Shown in pieces: positions 19,122 through 29,536 of a stretch of 64,000 bases of DNA; position 1 is the stretch's first letter; every line of letters starts with the position of its first letter. Source of the DNA: Candidatus Poribacteria bacterium (GTDB lineage: Bacteria; Poribacteria; WGA-4E; UBA9662); NCBI GenBank assembly GCA_046582655.1, contig JAYGDX010000210.1:13030-77029 (forward strand). Direction: 5' to 3'. The translations under genes were made by a program, and so were the position numbers. Below the pieces are notes generated by a model. The model did not search any database, was not told where the DNA came from, and saw nothing but the letters and a program-made list of their open reading frames with translations.

Positions 19122-20150
19122 CTAAAAATTGTAAAATTTGTCACGAAATTCAAGGATGCCTGTATTTGAAGCATCGGGATGTACTCGGTTCGTTAATAGA
19201 ATTTCATAAGTCCTTTTTTCAAGATTCAAGCGAATTGCGGTACCAGTAAAGCCTGTGTGGTAAAGCGATTTATCCGCAAGAACAACCCAACCAATACCAC
19301 GAGACGAGTTAAGACCTTTCGTATATACCCTGCTGATTTGGTTGACACTATTTTGATTAAGGACTTTTCCCCCTTTGTCAACTAACATCTGACAGAATTT
19401 CCCTAGATCTGATGTGGTTGAGAAAAGACCTGCATTTCCAGAAACACCGCTCAGATAATTCGCATTTTCATCATGTACTTGTCCGATAATTACGCCGTCT
19501 CGCCAATCATATCTTTGGTATTTATCTGCTCTCCGACGTTCGAAGCTGTTTGAATCCTCAGTCGCTGCACATCGGTTAACTACATCCTCCGGCGGATTAT
19601 AAAATGTATCGGTCATTTGCAGTGGATCAAAAATCCACTCTCTCGCTAGTTGATCAAGCTGCATGTCGGTAGCTCTTTCGATGAGCATGCCAAGAAGAAT
19701 ATAGCCGAGACAACTGTAGACAACCTTTTCACCCGTTTCGTAGGCAAGTTCTATCTGGCTTAGATACTCAAGTACTTGATCATTTGATGTGGTATTTAAG
19801 TAAACTGCAGTCCACGCCGGATAGCCCGACCGATGTGTTAATAGGTCCAAGATACTTATCTGATTATGTTTTACTCCCGACAGATAGTGTTGTACTGATT
19901 CATTAAGATTTACCAGCCCCATCTCAACTAGTTTCATGATTAGTGTACCTATAACAATCGGTTTTGTGAGCGATGCAAGATCAAAGATTGTATCAGTCTC
20001 CATCAGCTGGATCTCTGGTTTAATCATCCGGTGTCCGAATGCTTTGTGGTATAATACGTTGCTATCTTCAACTTTAAAGGCAACAGCTCCCGGGAATTTT
20101 TTTTCCAGAATTCCTTGGTTAATCAAACTTGATATTTGATGCTCGTCCAT
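19122..20150 (-). CDS. serine hydrolase, beta-lactamase class C family
   Basis: FDLASLTK (SxxK), LLTHRSG, YSC, VHDENA, HTGFTG, LLTNRVHP. Confidence 0.88.
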   Translation of the reverse strand: MDEHQISSLINQGILEKKFPGAVAFKVEDSNVLYHKAFGHRMIKPEIQLMETDTIFDLASLTKPIVIGTLIMKLVEMGLVNLNESVQHYLSGVKHNQISILDLLTHRSGYPAWTAVYLNTTSNDQVLEYLSQIELAYETGEKVVYSCLGYILLGMLIERATDMQLDQLAREWIFDPLQMTDTFYNPPEDVVNRCAATEDSNSFERRRADKYQRYDWRDGVIIGQVHDENANYLSGVSGNAGLFSTTSDLGKFCQMLVDKGGKVLNQNSVNQISRVYTKGLNSSRGIGWVVLADKSLYHTGFTGTAIRLNLEKRTYEILLTNRVHPDASNTGILEFRDKFYNF

Positions 20151-20207
20151 ATTGCCCCTTCTTTAAAAAGCCATGCTGATTCTATCAGAGTTTAAGGATT
20201 TGATCAA

Positions 20208-21764
20208 ATGAGAATCGTGACTGCTGACCAGATGAGATCTATCGATAAACAGACTATCGAGAAAGTCGGTATTCCTGGCATTGTCTTGATGGAAAACGCC
20301 GGTCGTGCAGTTGTCCAATCGATATATAGTAATTTTCCCGACGCAAATCGGATCGCAATATTGGTTGGAAAGGGCAACAATGGTGGAGATGGGTTAGTTA
20401 TCGCTAGACACTTGATGATGTCTAATGCCTCAGTAATTGTTTTCTTGTTTTCTTCGCCGGATCAGTTTCGAGGCGATGCTCAGAAGAACTTGTCCATTGT
20501 CCAAAACCTTGAAATTCCTATAAAGGAGATCAATTCGAAGACTAATTTGAAACAGATCAAGACAAGCCTTACAGAAGCGGATCTGATTGTCGATTCCATT
20601 TTTGGAATCGGACTATGTGGGGGAGTACACGGACATATTGGTGAAATTATCGAGGTAGTCAACGAAGCGAATACACCCATACTTGCCGTCGATATTCCTT
20701 CCGGTCTGAACGCAGATAACGGTCAAGTGGAAGGAGCATGTATTTGTGCCAATATGACTTTCACCATTGGGTTACCCAAACGTGGGTTACTTACCTATCC
20801 CGGAGCAGAAATTGCCGGAAATTTAGAAATTATTCCCGCGCATGAAGTCGGCTTCCCCGAAAGCATTATTGAAACTCATGATGTTGCCCTTAACTGGACG
20901 CAACACGAAGATGTCGAAAGGTTGCTACCGGATCGTCCCCCTAATTCTCACAAAACCAATTATGGACGCGTCTTTGTCGTGGCTGGATCAACCGGAATGA
21001 CCGGTGCGGCTGCACTGGCAAGTGAGGCTGTCTTACGTGTCGGTGCAGGATTAGTAACGCTTGGGATTCCAGCCAGCCTTAATCTAGCACTTGAGGTAAA
21101 GCTGACTGAAGTCATGACCCTTCCGTTACCAGAAACAGATCAAGGTTCAATTGCCTTAGCTGCTGAATCACAGATTGGAGAGTATGTTGATCGAACTAAG
21201 TCTGTACTGGCAATCGGCCCTGGACTCTCTCAACACTCTGAAACAGTTGAACTCGTTAATCGTCTTGTTTCTCAACATGATAAGCCATTGGTTGTTGATG
21301 CGGATGGCTTGAACGCGATTACTCAGAAGCCGGATACGCTCAAATTCCTGAGTTCGGGATCAGTCTTAACACCTCATCCTGGTGAAATGTCACGGTTGAT
21401 AGGTGTACCGATCTCGGAGATTGAGGCCGACAGGGTAAACATTGCCCAACAGTTCGTGCAGGATTATCAACTAGTGCTTGTCCTAAAAGGTGCTCCTTCT
21501 ATTGTCGCGGGGTATGATGGTCAGGCATGGATCAATTCCACAGGTAACACCGGAATGGCAACTGCCGGATCAGGCGATGTACTGACCGGTATAATCGCGG
21601 GGTTAATTGCGCAAGGCATAGACAGTCTTGATGCTGCAGTGCTTGGCGTGTATCTTCATGGCCTTGCTGGCGATTTAGCGTCGAAATCGGTTGGGCAACA
21701 CGGTATGATCGCAGGCGATCTTTTGGAATATCTTCCTATTGCCATCGAACATTTGAGAGGATAG
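20208..21764 (+). CDS. nnr: bifunctional NAD(P)H-hydrate epimerase/dehydratase
   Basis: LMENAG, GKGNNGGDG, DIPSG (YjeF_N) plus AIGPG, VDADG, LTPHPGE, GSGDVL (YjeF_C). Confidence 0.93.
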   Translation: MRIVTADQMRSIDKQTIEKVGIPGIVLMENAGRAVVQSIYSNFPDANRIAILVGKGNNGGDGLVIARHLMMSNASVIVFLFSSPDQFRGDAQKNLSIVQNLEIPIKEINSKTNLKQIKTSLTEADLIVDSIFGIGLCGGVHGHIGEIIEVVNEANTPILAVDIPSGLNADNGQVEGACICANMTFTIGLPKRGLLTYPGAEIAGNLEIIPAHEVGFPESIIETHDVALNWTQHEDVERLLPDRPPNSHKTNYGRVFVVAGSTGMTGAAALASEAVLRVGAGLVTLGIPASLNLALEVKLTEVMTLPLPETDQGSIALAAESQIGEYVDRTKSVLAIGPGLSQHSETVELVNRLVSQHDKPLVVDADGLNAITQKPDTLKFLSSGSVLTPHPGEMSRLIGVPISEIEADRVNIAQQFVQDYQLVLVLKGAPSIVAGYDGQAWINSTGNTGMATAGSGDVLTGIIAGLIAQGIDSLDAAVLGVYLHGLAGDLASKSVGQHGMIAGDLLEYLPIAIEHLRG

Positions 21765-21765
21765 A

Positions 21766-22569
21766 ATGGAAAAGTTTTGGTACCTGAAGCACATCAACAT
21801 CTACCAGCAGTTAAACGAGATTGAAATCACCGCCTTAAATCGTGTCTCTCGGGTCTGGAACATCAATCGCTATGAAGAGGTTCAAAGTGGTTCTGATACC
21901 GTGTATATTGTTAAATCGGGAAAAGTAAAACTGTGTAAACCACCAGAAGAAAGTGAAACTGACTTGGTTGAAAAGTTAACCATAGCAACTGTCGAAAAGG
22001 GAGAAATTTTTGGCGAAGTTCAAATGGATGATGGGCATGAAAATCAGCTGACAGTTGAATCACTTGATATCACTCATCTACAGATGCTATCACGCTATGA
22101 GTTTGAATTGCTAATGCGGAAGAATCCAAATCGATGTCTGCAGATCAGAAAATGGATTAGTCGGCGAAAAGTCGAGAACTCGATAGAAAACGTGATTGGT
22201 CGTTCTGCTTCGTCACGGTTGGCGACAGTATTGGCTTTTTTGGCGTCGAAATATGGCGTGCGTAGGCCGAAAAGCACCGAAATCAGAATTAGACTTTCCG
22301 ATGAAAATTTAGCACGGTTGATTGGCATTGATCAACGATTGTGCTATGATTTGCTTGAAGAATTGAAATGGCGTGAAATCATTAAGAGCCGATGGGGGTG
22401 GATTAATCTGTTAAATCAATGGCAACTGAAGAAGATCGCCTCAGCTCGGCTGGAAGAAATCGAGCTAACCAAGAAAGAGGAAGAGAGACTTAAAGATGAG
22501 GCTGAGCAATTTGAACTTTCTCAGCCCAACGAGACCACTCCGATTAACACTAGCGGTAATCAGTCTTAA
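21766..22569 (+). CDS. Crp/Fnr family transcriptional regulator
   Basis: cNMP barrel (YIVKSGKVK, GEIFGE) and HTH (LSDENLARLIG). Confidence 0.8.
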   Translation: MEKFWYLKHINIYQQLNEIEITALNRVSRVWNINRYEEVQSGSDTVYIVKSGKVKLCKPPEESETDLVEKLTIATVEKGEIFGEVQMDDGHENQLTVESLDITHLQMLSRYEFELLMRKNPNRCLQIRKWISRRKVENSIENVIGRSASSRLATVLAFLASKYGVRRPKSTEIRIRLSDENLARLIGIDQRLCYDLLEELKWREIIKSRWGWINLLNQWQLKKIASARLEEIELTKKEEERLKDEAEQFELSQPNETTPINTSGNQS

Positions 22570-23332
22570 CATTACCCCAGGTTACGGCAATTTTACCTGT
22601 CGAATCAACGGCAAAGTTTTTATCGAAGCCTTTCATTGCATCAGTTAACTCTGCGGTCGTTACTGCCCGGTTAATAATGGCGACCTCATCGATCAGGCCA
22701 TTCCAGTAGTCGCCTTCTGGCGCATTTGGATGCTTAGTGCCGATAAAAAGCGGACCGGTCGAAGGTATCATTTTGCCAGTGGACTTTTGCTCTGCAGTTT
22801 GTTTCCCATCGATATAAAGGGCTGTGGTTTTACCGTTGTATATGCCCCTGTCACGTGATGCCACTCATTTTCCTTAAACATTGGGCATTGAACTCGTGCT
22901 GACACCTGGCCCTGCATCAAAACGGAAAAATCCGCCTTCTCGTAGCAAACGATATTGGTTATCGGACCCTTCAGTTGATTTTTGCAGGAAACGGCGATTG
23001 CCGGTTGTGTCACTGACCAGTCCCCAAGCCAAAATACTAATTTGATCGGTTAAGTTTAGCGAATCGCTATTTTCAACTTTAACTCTCTGTTTTTTGTCGA
23101 CATTGAACTTGAGAGCCTTGCCGAATTTACCATCAACCCAAGTTGGTCTTTCGATCAATTTACCGTTGTTCCCATTTTCCGACGAATTTTTTAAGATATT
23201 GCCAGATCCCTCATCAAACATCCAGATGGCAACGATGTCTTCCTTGGTAATTTCGGCCTTAGCCTGATTGAAGCTAATGTGAACGACGAAACAGATTAGT
23301 AAAACGAAGAAAACTGCCTTTAAAATTTTCAT
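22550..23332 (-). pseudogene. LamG-like jellyroll protein, interrupted by two close frameshifts
   Basis: Signal peptide and W.FDEGSG...GKFGKALKF in one frame; ENEWHHVTG in a second frame (about 22843-22878); YNGK..LYIDG...GLIDEV...AVDSTGKIAVTWGNVK back in the first frame, with TAA and TGA in between. SD AGGAGG upstream. Confidence 0.8.
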
Positions 23333-23638
23333 GGTGAAAGAGATCCTCCTGATAACTAAGATTTAATGTGATCTACCGCTTCTTTCCCATTTAGCTGAGA
23401 AGAAAGGGAGCAGATTCCTTGCACTTTCAGTCAAGTTATCGAGGTCCCAACTGCGACGATGATCACTATTGCCAACGCGAAAATCGGCTGCCTTTCCTTC
23501 ATTAACAATATATTATAGCTCGCTATATTAAAAATTTTATTTTGTTGCTTTTAACTTGTTAAGCATTTTGTTTGACTTAGTCTCTGCAAGATTTTCTAGA
23601 GCAATCAAAGAAATATATATGAATAAATGCAATTTGAT

Positions 23639-24739
23639 CTATGCTAACGCTTGATCAAGATCGTAGATAATATCGGAGACAGCTTCCAAACCGACTGACA
23701 TACGAATTCGATTATGTCCTCCTTGGCCAATGACGAGCGATTGGGCATCTCCAAGACTCACCCACGGTTTACATAGCTTCACATTCTTTAGAAATCGGTG
23801 GTATATGTCGTTATCAATTGTTTCAAAATTAATCATCCCTCCAAAACCATTTGTCATCATCTTAGCAATTTCATGTCCTCGACTCGACGATAATCCCGGG
23901 TATGTTACCTGTTTGATTTTTGGATGTGATTCCAAGAACTCTGCGATGGACTGCGCGTTTGAACAATGTAACTGCATTCGAACAGGTAGCGTTTTAATTC
24001 CCCGTAAAAGCAGGAAGGCGTTCTGTGGGCTCAGAATTCCACCATAAGCGTTTCGTATATGATCCATCTGATGTCCCATTTCTTCCGTTTTACTGACAAT
24101 AATTCCGGCAAGGGTGTCGCCATGACCACACAAGTATTTCGTCGCGCTATGTAAGACGATGTCAGCCCCCATGTCGAGAGGTCGTAAGAGATACGGAGTC
24201 AGAAAAGTATTATCAACCACAACAATCCCTCCTGAAGCTTTACCGATTTCAATCGCTGATTTCACGTCAATGACATCAAGTGTAGGATTAGCAAAAGGTT
24301 CAAAGTAAACGACTTTGGTCTTTGTCTTAACCGCCTCTCTGAGTTGATCGAGATCTGTCATATCCACGTAGACAACTTCTACGCCAAATTTAGAAAGATA
24401 AGTATTTAGAATCTCTTTAGTCCAAACATAAACAGTGTGATGACAAACAATTCGACTACCTGCTTCTAGCAAATTTGTAAGTACTTGGCTAATGGCTGAT
24501 GTTCCACTGGCAGTTGCTGTGCCCCAAGCCCCCCGTGCAAGCGTCTTGACGCGAATCTCAAAAGCGTCTATGGTAGGATTCCCTGATCTGAGATATTGTC
24601 CATCAACAGTAGCTGCTTGGTAAATTGGCGTAGCCGACATGTTTTTGGATTCTCCAGCGTGTATTGCATCCGTGGAAAATTCACGATTAAAAGGTGAATC
24701 ATAGATGGTTTTCGTCTGATGGCTTTGTTCTTTCATCAT
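23639..24739 (-). CDS. PLP-dependent trans-sulfuration enzyme (Cys/Met metabolism family)
   Basis: Y.RSGNPT, ASG, VDNTF, HSATKYLCGHGD, RMSVGLE. Confidence 0.88.
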   Translation of the reverse strand: MMKEQSHQTKTIYDSPFNREFSTDAIHAGESKNMSATPIYQAATVDGQYLRSGNPTIDAFEIRVKTLARGAWGTATASGTSAISQVLTNLLEAGSRIVCHHTVYVWTKEILNTYLSKFGVEVVYVDMTDLDQLREAVKTKTKVVYFEPFANPTLDVIDVKSAIEIGKASGGIVVVDNTFLTPYLLRPLDMGADIVLHSATKYLCGHGDTLAGIIVSKTEEMGHQMDHIRNAYGGILSPQNAFLLLRGIKTLPVRMQLHCSNAQSIAEFLESHPKIKQVTYPGLSSSRGHEIAKMMTNGFGGMINFETIDNDIYHRFLKNVKLCKPWVSLGDAQSLVIGQGGHNRIRMSVGLEAVSDIIYDLDQALA

Positions 24740-24799
24740 TGTTTCCTTTATGCTACAATCCTAGCCGAAATAGGATTGGCTATGACTTTGAGAATTTGA

Positions 24800-25183
24800 A
24801 TGGTTCTAAAAAAGATTCTCTTTATTGCAATTGGTGGAGGTCTAGGTGCAAATGCACGATATTGGCTCGGTGTTTTAGTCAAAAACTATCTGGGCGATGA
24901 ATTTCCCTATGCGACTTTTCTTGTTAATATCACTGGTTCTTTTCTGCTTGGTATGTTTTTGACTTTGATTAGCACACGTTACCCGAGTGCTAATCAAAGT
25001 TATCAATGGGCAATATCAATCGGTTTTCTGGGATCCTACACCACATTTTCTACATTTAAGTATGAAACTATGATGTTGGCTGAGACTGGGGACTACTTAG
25101 GAGCATTGATGAATACTGGGTTAAGTATATTCGTCGGACTAATTGCAGTCTGGCTGGGAATACGTATTTTTTCTATTCTATAA
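24800..25183 (+). CDS. crcB: fluoride efflux channel CrcB/Fluc
   Basis: GGGLGA..RY, FPYATFLVNITGSF, GFLGSYTTFSTF. Confidence 0.93.
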   Translation: MVLKKILFIAIGGGLGANARYWLGVLVKNYLGDEFPYATFLVNITGSFLLGMFLTLISTRYPSANQSYQWAISIGFLGSYTTFSTFKYETMMLAETGDYLGALMNTGLSIFVGLIAVWLGIRIFSIL

Positions 25184-26591
25184 TGTTTGAATTGAGCGGA
25201 ATAAGATCTGCGTAGATGTCAATATCGTACGAATCTCCATTACGACCATCACTCCAAGCAATAAGCACCATGTTGTCAATCATAATAGCATCTGGTGTCA
25301 TCTGTCCACCGTCAGCGAGACAGATTGGCATTCCATTTAGTGCCCAAAGTGACCTACCGTTTTTATCTATTCGTTGAGCATAGATTGCAGATGTTGCTTC
25401 GTTACCATAATCACCACGATAATCGAGCCAGTATATAATTGTGCCATTCGATTTATCTCGAATCAGCTTGGGTTGACGTTGTTCGCCTTCTGCTGTACAA
25501 ATCGGCAGGCCGTTTATTTCCCACATCGGTTCGCCATCACCATTGATCCATTGCGCGTAAATATCAGAAAAAACGTCCCGATCATCCCACCAAGTGACAA
25601 CGATACCGCTAATACCCTGATTTACTTGCGCGATAAACGGTTGTTGTTGATTTTCTGGTTGATTGCAAATGACGATGCCATCAGGATTCCACAACCGTTG
25701 ACCATTAGCGTTTATTCGCTGAGCATACAGATCTGACGTAGTGAAAATAGCAGGATCGTCGCGGTAATCTGACCACACCACGAAGGCTCCACCAGATCCA
25801 TCGGAGATTGCCAATGGCCCTCCCTGATTTCCGTTTGCTTCACAAACAGTAATACCGCGATCCGGCCAGAGTTTTCGTCCCTCCGCACTAATTCGTTGCG
25901 AAAAAACTCTCCACTCTGGTGTACTAATATCCCACCAAGCAAAAATTGCACCGCCTGTCTGATCGGTTGTCAGAGACGGATCGTATTGATCCCCTTTACC
26001 ATCATAGATGGCAACGCCATCCTTCCTCCAAATTGTTTCACCTTTCCCGTTAATCCGTTGAGCAAAAAGATCTTGCCTACTGTTTCGCCAATCTTCCCAC
26101 ACCACAATCACTCCATCTTCACCATCCGCTATGGCTCTGGGATCGTCTTGACTAGCCAAATTCTGACAAAGAGGGACGCCATTTTTATCCCATAATTCTG
26201 TGCCATTTACGTCGATTCGCTGAGCATATAAATCCGGGTTACCATTGCGTGAATCTCTCCAGACAATAATTGCACCATCGTTGTTCAAGACCGGAATGAG
26301 AATTGGCCATCCTTGGGACCCAGGCAGTTGACAGATGGCGATTCCATCCTCTTTCCATAAAGCTTTACCACTAGCATCAATCCGTTGAATGAAAACATCG
26401 CGATTTCCGTTTCGTGCATCCATCCAGGCGATTATGGCACCTCTATGACCGTCACTAACCAAATCAGGAAACAGCTGTTCATTTGATGCTGTACAAAGAG
26501 GTAAATTTGAATATTGTGCGATACACCGCTCTCCAGATAAGAATAACGTACTAACAAACCATAATAACGCGTAGACAGGTATTCTATTCAT
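25173..26591 (-). CDS. secreted repeat protein (probable beta-propeller)
   Basis: Signal-like N-terminus from ATG 26591; about 7 repeats of 'GG.I..W.D.R....D.YAQRI...G...W...G..IC'. Confidence 0.72.
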   Translation of the reverse strand: MNRIPVYALLWFVSTLFLSGERCIAQYSNLPLCTASNEQLFPDLVSDGHRGAIIAWMDARNGNRDVFIQRIDASGKALWKEDGIAICQLPGSQGWPILIPVLNNDGAIIVWRDSRNGNPDLYAQRIDVNGTELWDKNGVPLCQNLASQDDPRAIADGEDGVIVVWEDWRNSRQDLFAQRINGKGETIWRKDGVAIYDGKGDQYDPSLTTDQTGGAIFAWWDISTPEWRVFSQRISAEGRKLWPDRGITVCEANGNQGGPLAISDGSGGAFVVWSDYRDDPAIFTTSDLYAQRINANGQRLWNPDGIVICNQPENQQQPFIAQVNQGISGIVVTWWDDRDVFSDIYAQWINGDGEPMWEINGLPICTAEGEQRQPKLIRDKSNGTIIYWLDYRGDYGNEATSAIYAQRIDKNGRSLWALNGMPICLADGGQMTPDAIMIDNMVLIAWSDGRNGDSYDIDIYADLIPLNSNIIE

Positions 26592-28560
26592 GTGGTGTAT
26601 TACCTTCCAATCGATTAATGATAGCGTCAACATCATAGACGCATCCACCCCATGTTCCACCGCTTACGCCCTGTAGTACGGCCCAAAGCCTAGTATCATC
26701 AGGCAACATGGGATCTGTTTGCAGATCTGGCCGTGGAGCTCTCTCCTGTAAAAGCTTTGCTCCATTTTCAACCCCAAATATTTTATTATCATGACCAACT
26801 AGATTAATGCTACCTTCAAGTTGGTTGCGATCGACAATAATTTGGATAATGTCTCCGTCTATTACTTTTCCGATTGGTCCTCCCGCTAATGCCTCAGGTC
26901 CGATATGACCGATGCAAGCCCCGGTGGATACACCTGAAAATCGTGCATCGGTAATTAAGGCAATGTTCTTGCCGTAGGGTAAATGCTTCAACGCAGATGT
27001 AATCTGATAAACTTCTTCCATCCCCGTTCCCATCGGTCCACGACATACTAATACCATCACTTCACCTGGTTTGATTTTCCGTTTCTTGATTGCAATGATA
27101 GCCTCTTTTTCTGTGACAAAAACGCGAGCGGTTCCAGTCATTCGATAGGTACCATCTTCATCAACCACACTTGGATCAATAGCTGTGCTCTTTATGACAG
27201 ATCCCTCAGGTGCGAGGTTACCACGTGGAAAAGTAATGGTACTAGTCAGTCCACGCTGTTTGGCTGCATCAGGACTCATGATCACGTCGTCTGGGTCAAT
27301 TCCGTCTTTCTCAAACAGCAAATCCCTTAGCCGCTGGCGGCGTTCCGATTTGAGCCACCAATTCAAGTTGCGTGCAAGCGTTTCACCAGTTGCCGTCATT
27401 ACTTCTTCATCAAGAACATTTAATTCGCGTAAACGCAACATCACCTCCGGTACACCGCCAGCTAAGAAAACCTGAACAGTGGGGTGACCAATTGGTCCAT
27501 TTGGTAGGACATCAACGATACGCGGTACCTGTTGGTTAATTTCAATCCAATCCTCAATTCTTGGCCGATCAAGTTTGGCAGCGTGTGCAATAGCCGGAAT
27601 GTGAAGTAACAAATTAGTTGATCCGCCAAAAGCTGCGTGTATGATCATAGCGTTTCGAATAGCGGTGTCTGTAATGATGGCACTTATTTTTGTTCGCTGT
27701 CCTTCTAGATGGATTAACGCCTGTGCAGACCGAGTTGCCATGTCAACCCAAATATGTTGTCCCGAAGGTGCTAATGCTGCATGTGGTAAGGTTATTCCCA
27801 AACCTTCTGCCACCACCTGTGCGGTTGCAGCTGTTCCCAAAAACTGACACCCACCTCCTGGACTTGCACAAGCTTTGCATCCTAGATCAGCTGCATCCTG
27901 CAGCGAAATTTCGCCATGGGCAAAGCGTGCACCGATCGTTTGGATCTTGCCGGCATCCTCGCCTTCACGCGGTGGTAGTGTTACGCCGCCAGGAATGATC
28001 AATCCTGGGAGGTCAGATACTCCAGCAAGGGCAATCATCATTGCCGGTAATCCCTTGTCACAGGTGGCTATGCCAATAACGCCTCGACGGGTTGGTAATG
28101 ATCTGATCTGGCGGCGAAAGACAACTGCCGCATCGTTCCTAAACGCTAGGCTGTCCATCATGCCGGCCGTGCCTTGTGTTCGTCCGTCGCAAGGATCTGA
28201 GCAATATGACGAAAACGGGATTGCTCCAAGTCTTTTGATTTCGACAGCTGCGGCTTTGACAAGTGAGCCTATTTCCCAATGTCCTGTATGAAACCCTAGT
28301 GCAACAGGGTTTCCATCTTCTGCACGCAGTCCCCCTTGCGTACTCACAATCAAAAACTGCTTTTGGTTTAACTCCGCAGGATTCCATCCCATTCCAGCAT
28401 TCTGACTCATAGCAAAGATATCACCACTTGGAGCGTTTAGTAACATTTCCTCGGTCAGCGGCAACGAGCCTTCAGGGCCATCAGAGTTCGTTTCTAAGTC
28501 GAAGATTTCTGGGTCATTACTATCAACAATTTCTTTGTAATTTATTTGTGGTTTATCCAT
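26584..28560 (-). CDS. YjhG/YagF family D-xylonate dehydratase (IlvD/Edd family)
   Basis: [63 protein letters not shown] 28560 is preceded by AGGA; the longer ORF start lies inside the IS remnant. Confidence 0.9.
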   Translation of the reverse strand: MDKPQINYKEIVDSNDPEIFDLETNSDGPEGSLPLTEEMLLNAPSGDIFAMSQNAGMGWNPAELNQKQFLIVSTQGGLRAEDGNPVALGFHTGHWEIGSLVKAAAVEIKRLGAIPFSSYCSDPCDGRTQGTAGMMDSLAFRNDAAVVFRRQIRSLPTRRGVIGIATCDKGLPAMMIALAGVSDLPGLIIPGGVTLPPREGEDAGKIQTIGARFAHGEISLQDAADLGCKACASPGGGCQFLGTAATAQVVAEGLGITLPHAALAPSGQHIWVDMATRSAQALIHLEGQRTKISAIITDTAIRNAMIIHAAFGGSTNLLLHIPAIAHAAKLDRPRIEDWIEINQQVPRIVDVLPNGPIGHPTVQVFLAGGVPEVMLRLRELNVLDEEVMTATGETLARNLNWWLKSERRQRLRDLLFEKDGIDPDDVIMSPDAAKQRGLTSTITFPRGNLAPEGSVIKSTAIDPSVVDEDGTYRMTGTARVFVTEKEAIIAIKKRKIKPGEVMVLVCRGPMGTGMEEVYQITSALKHLPYGKNIALITDARFSGVSTGACIGHIGPEALAGGPIGKVIDGDIIQIIVDRNQLEGSINLVGHDNKIFGVENGAKLLQERAPRPDLQTDPMLPDDTRLWAVLQGVSGGTWGGCVYDVDAIINRLEGNTPHE

Positions 28561-28578
28561 TATCCTATGCTTAAACTT

Positions 28579-29490
28579 AATGTGGGTTCGATATAATGGA
28601 GCAGGAACTTTTTCTATAATACTGTGAATCAATCAGTTGAAAAACAAGGATACGTTCCAATATCTATTATACCACTCTTCTGCTAGATTGACGACTTTTG
28701 CCAAGGCTCAACCGTTTTTGATCTCCAATGGCAACAGAATGCGGCGCCGAAGAATTACACTGGTACTGAGTGAAGTCATGACCATTACCGTCCAGTTTCA
28801 TCGTTTTGACTATTGTACCTTCAGGCATTGTTGCACGTTTGCCGGTATCTACGCTGGGCATTCTCTCTACTAGTCAGCTACAAGCGGTTTGTGAAAATAG
28901 GGGAGTTGTACTAGGATTTCGCTTGTCGACTTCATACCGATCGCCATCTGCCGAAATCGAAGAATTCCCTGCCATCGCGTCTTGGCTAAGACGGCTAAAT
29001 GGGGGAAGAACTCCGCTGGTTGGTTCTACGGTTAACTCCATCTGATCGTCAATGATGAAGGCCAATTGCTGGCGGACTGACAGCTGTCGATGTCGATGTC
29101 GATGATAGAAACTCTAGTACCAAAGATGGTCAAAGGCTTCTTTGGAGAACTTTTTGCAGATAAGGGCTATATCTCACGGAAGCTATTTGGTTTTCTATTG
29201 ACTGCGAAAACAAGGTGAAGCGGAACATGGAAAATCAGCTACTGTCATTTTGGAACAAGTTTCTGCTAGGTAAATGAACCATTATTGGAACCATTGGCGA
29301 CCAGTAAAAAAACATCTGTCAAATTAAGCATACCAGACATGGCAGCTGGATTAACTTTATTGGTCAGTGCCATTTTAGTGTCGATTTCCTACTCTTACCA
29401 AGATGAAGAAAACCTCATTGAATCCCTGGGTCAAGGTCTTGGCTGATTTAATGGCGGGTGCCATTTAGTCCTTTGTGCCGAACTCACGTT
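28579..29490 (+). mobile_element. degenerate IS982-family insertion sequence
   Basis: Fragmented transposase (LSEVMTITVQFH, LHLIVNDEGQLL, DDR, LFADKGYIS) with stops and frameshifts; imperfect terminal IRs AATGTGGGTTCGATATAATGG (28579) and CCTTTGTGCCGAACTCACGTT (ending 29490), 15/21 matching. Confidence 0.8.
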
Positions 29491-29536
29491 CAACTGAACA
29501 TTGCTGACTTCAAGGTTAGAAATCGGAGCAGAAATA

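Noticed and set aside
19122..20150. True beta-lactamase resistance gene
   Set aside because: No signal peptide; the motifs fit the broad esterase/amidase branch.
23360..23502. Short hydrophobic ORF (MKERQPIFALAIVIIVAVGTSIT) and weak hairpin in the LamG leader
   Set aside because: No SD, imperfect pairing, and no way to distinguish it from a gene remnant or chance.
24740..24800. Fluoride riboswitch before crcB or SAM riboswitch before the lyase
   Set aside because: The gap is only 60 bp and lacks the conserved motifs.
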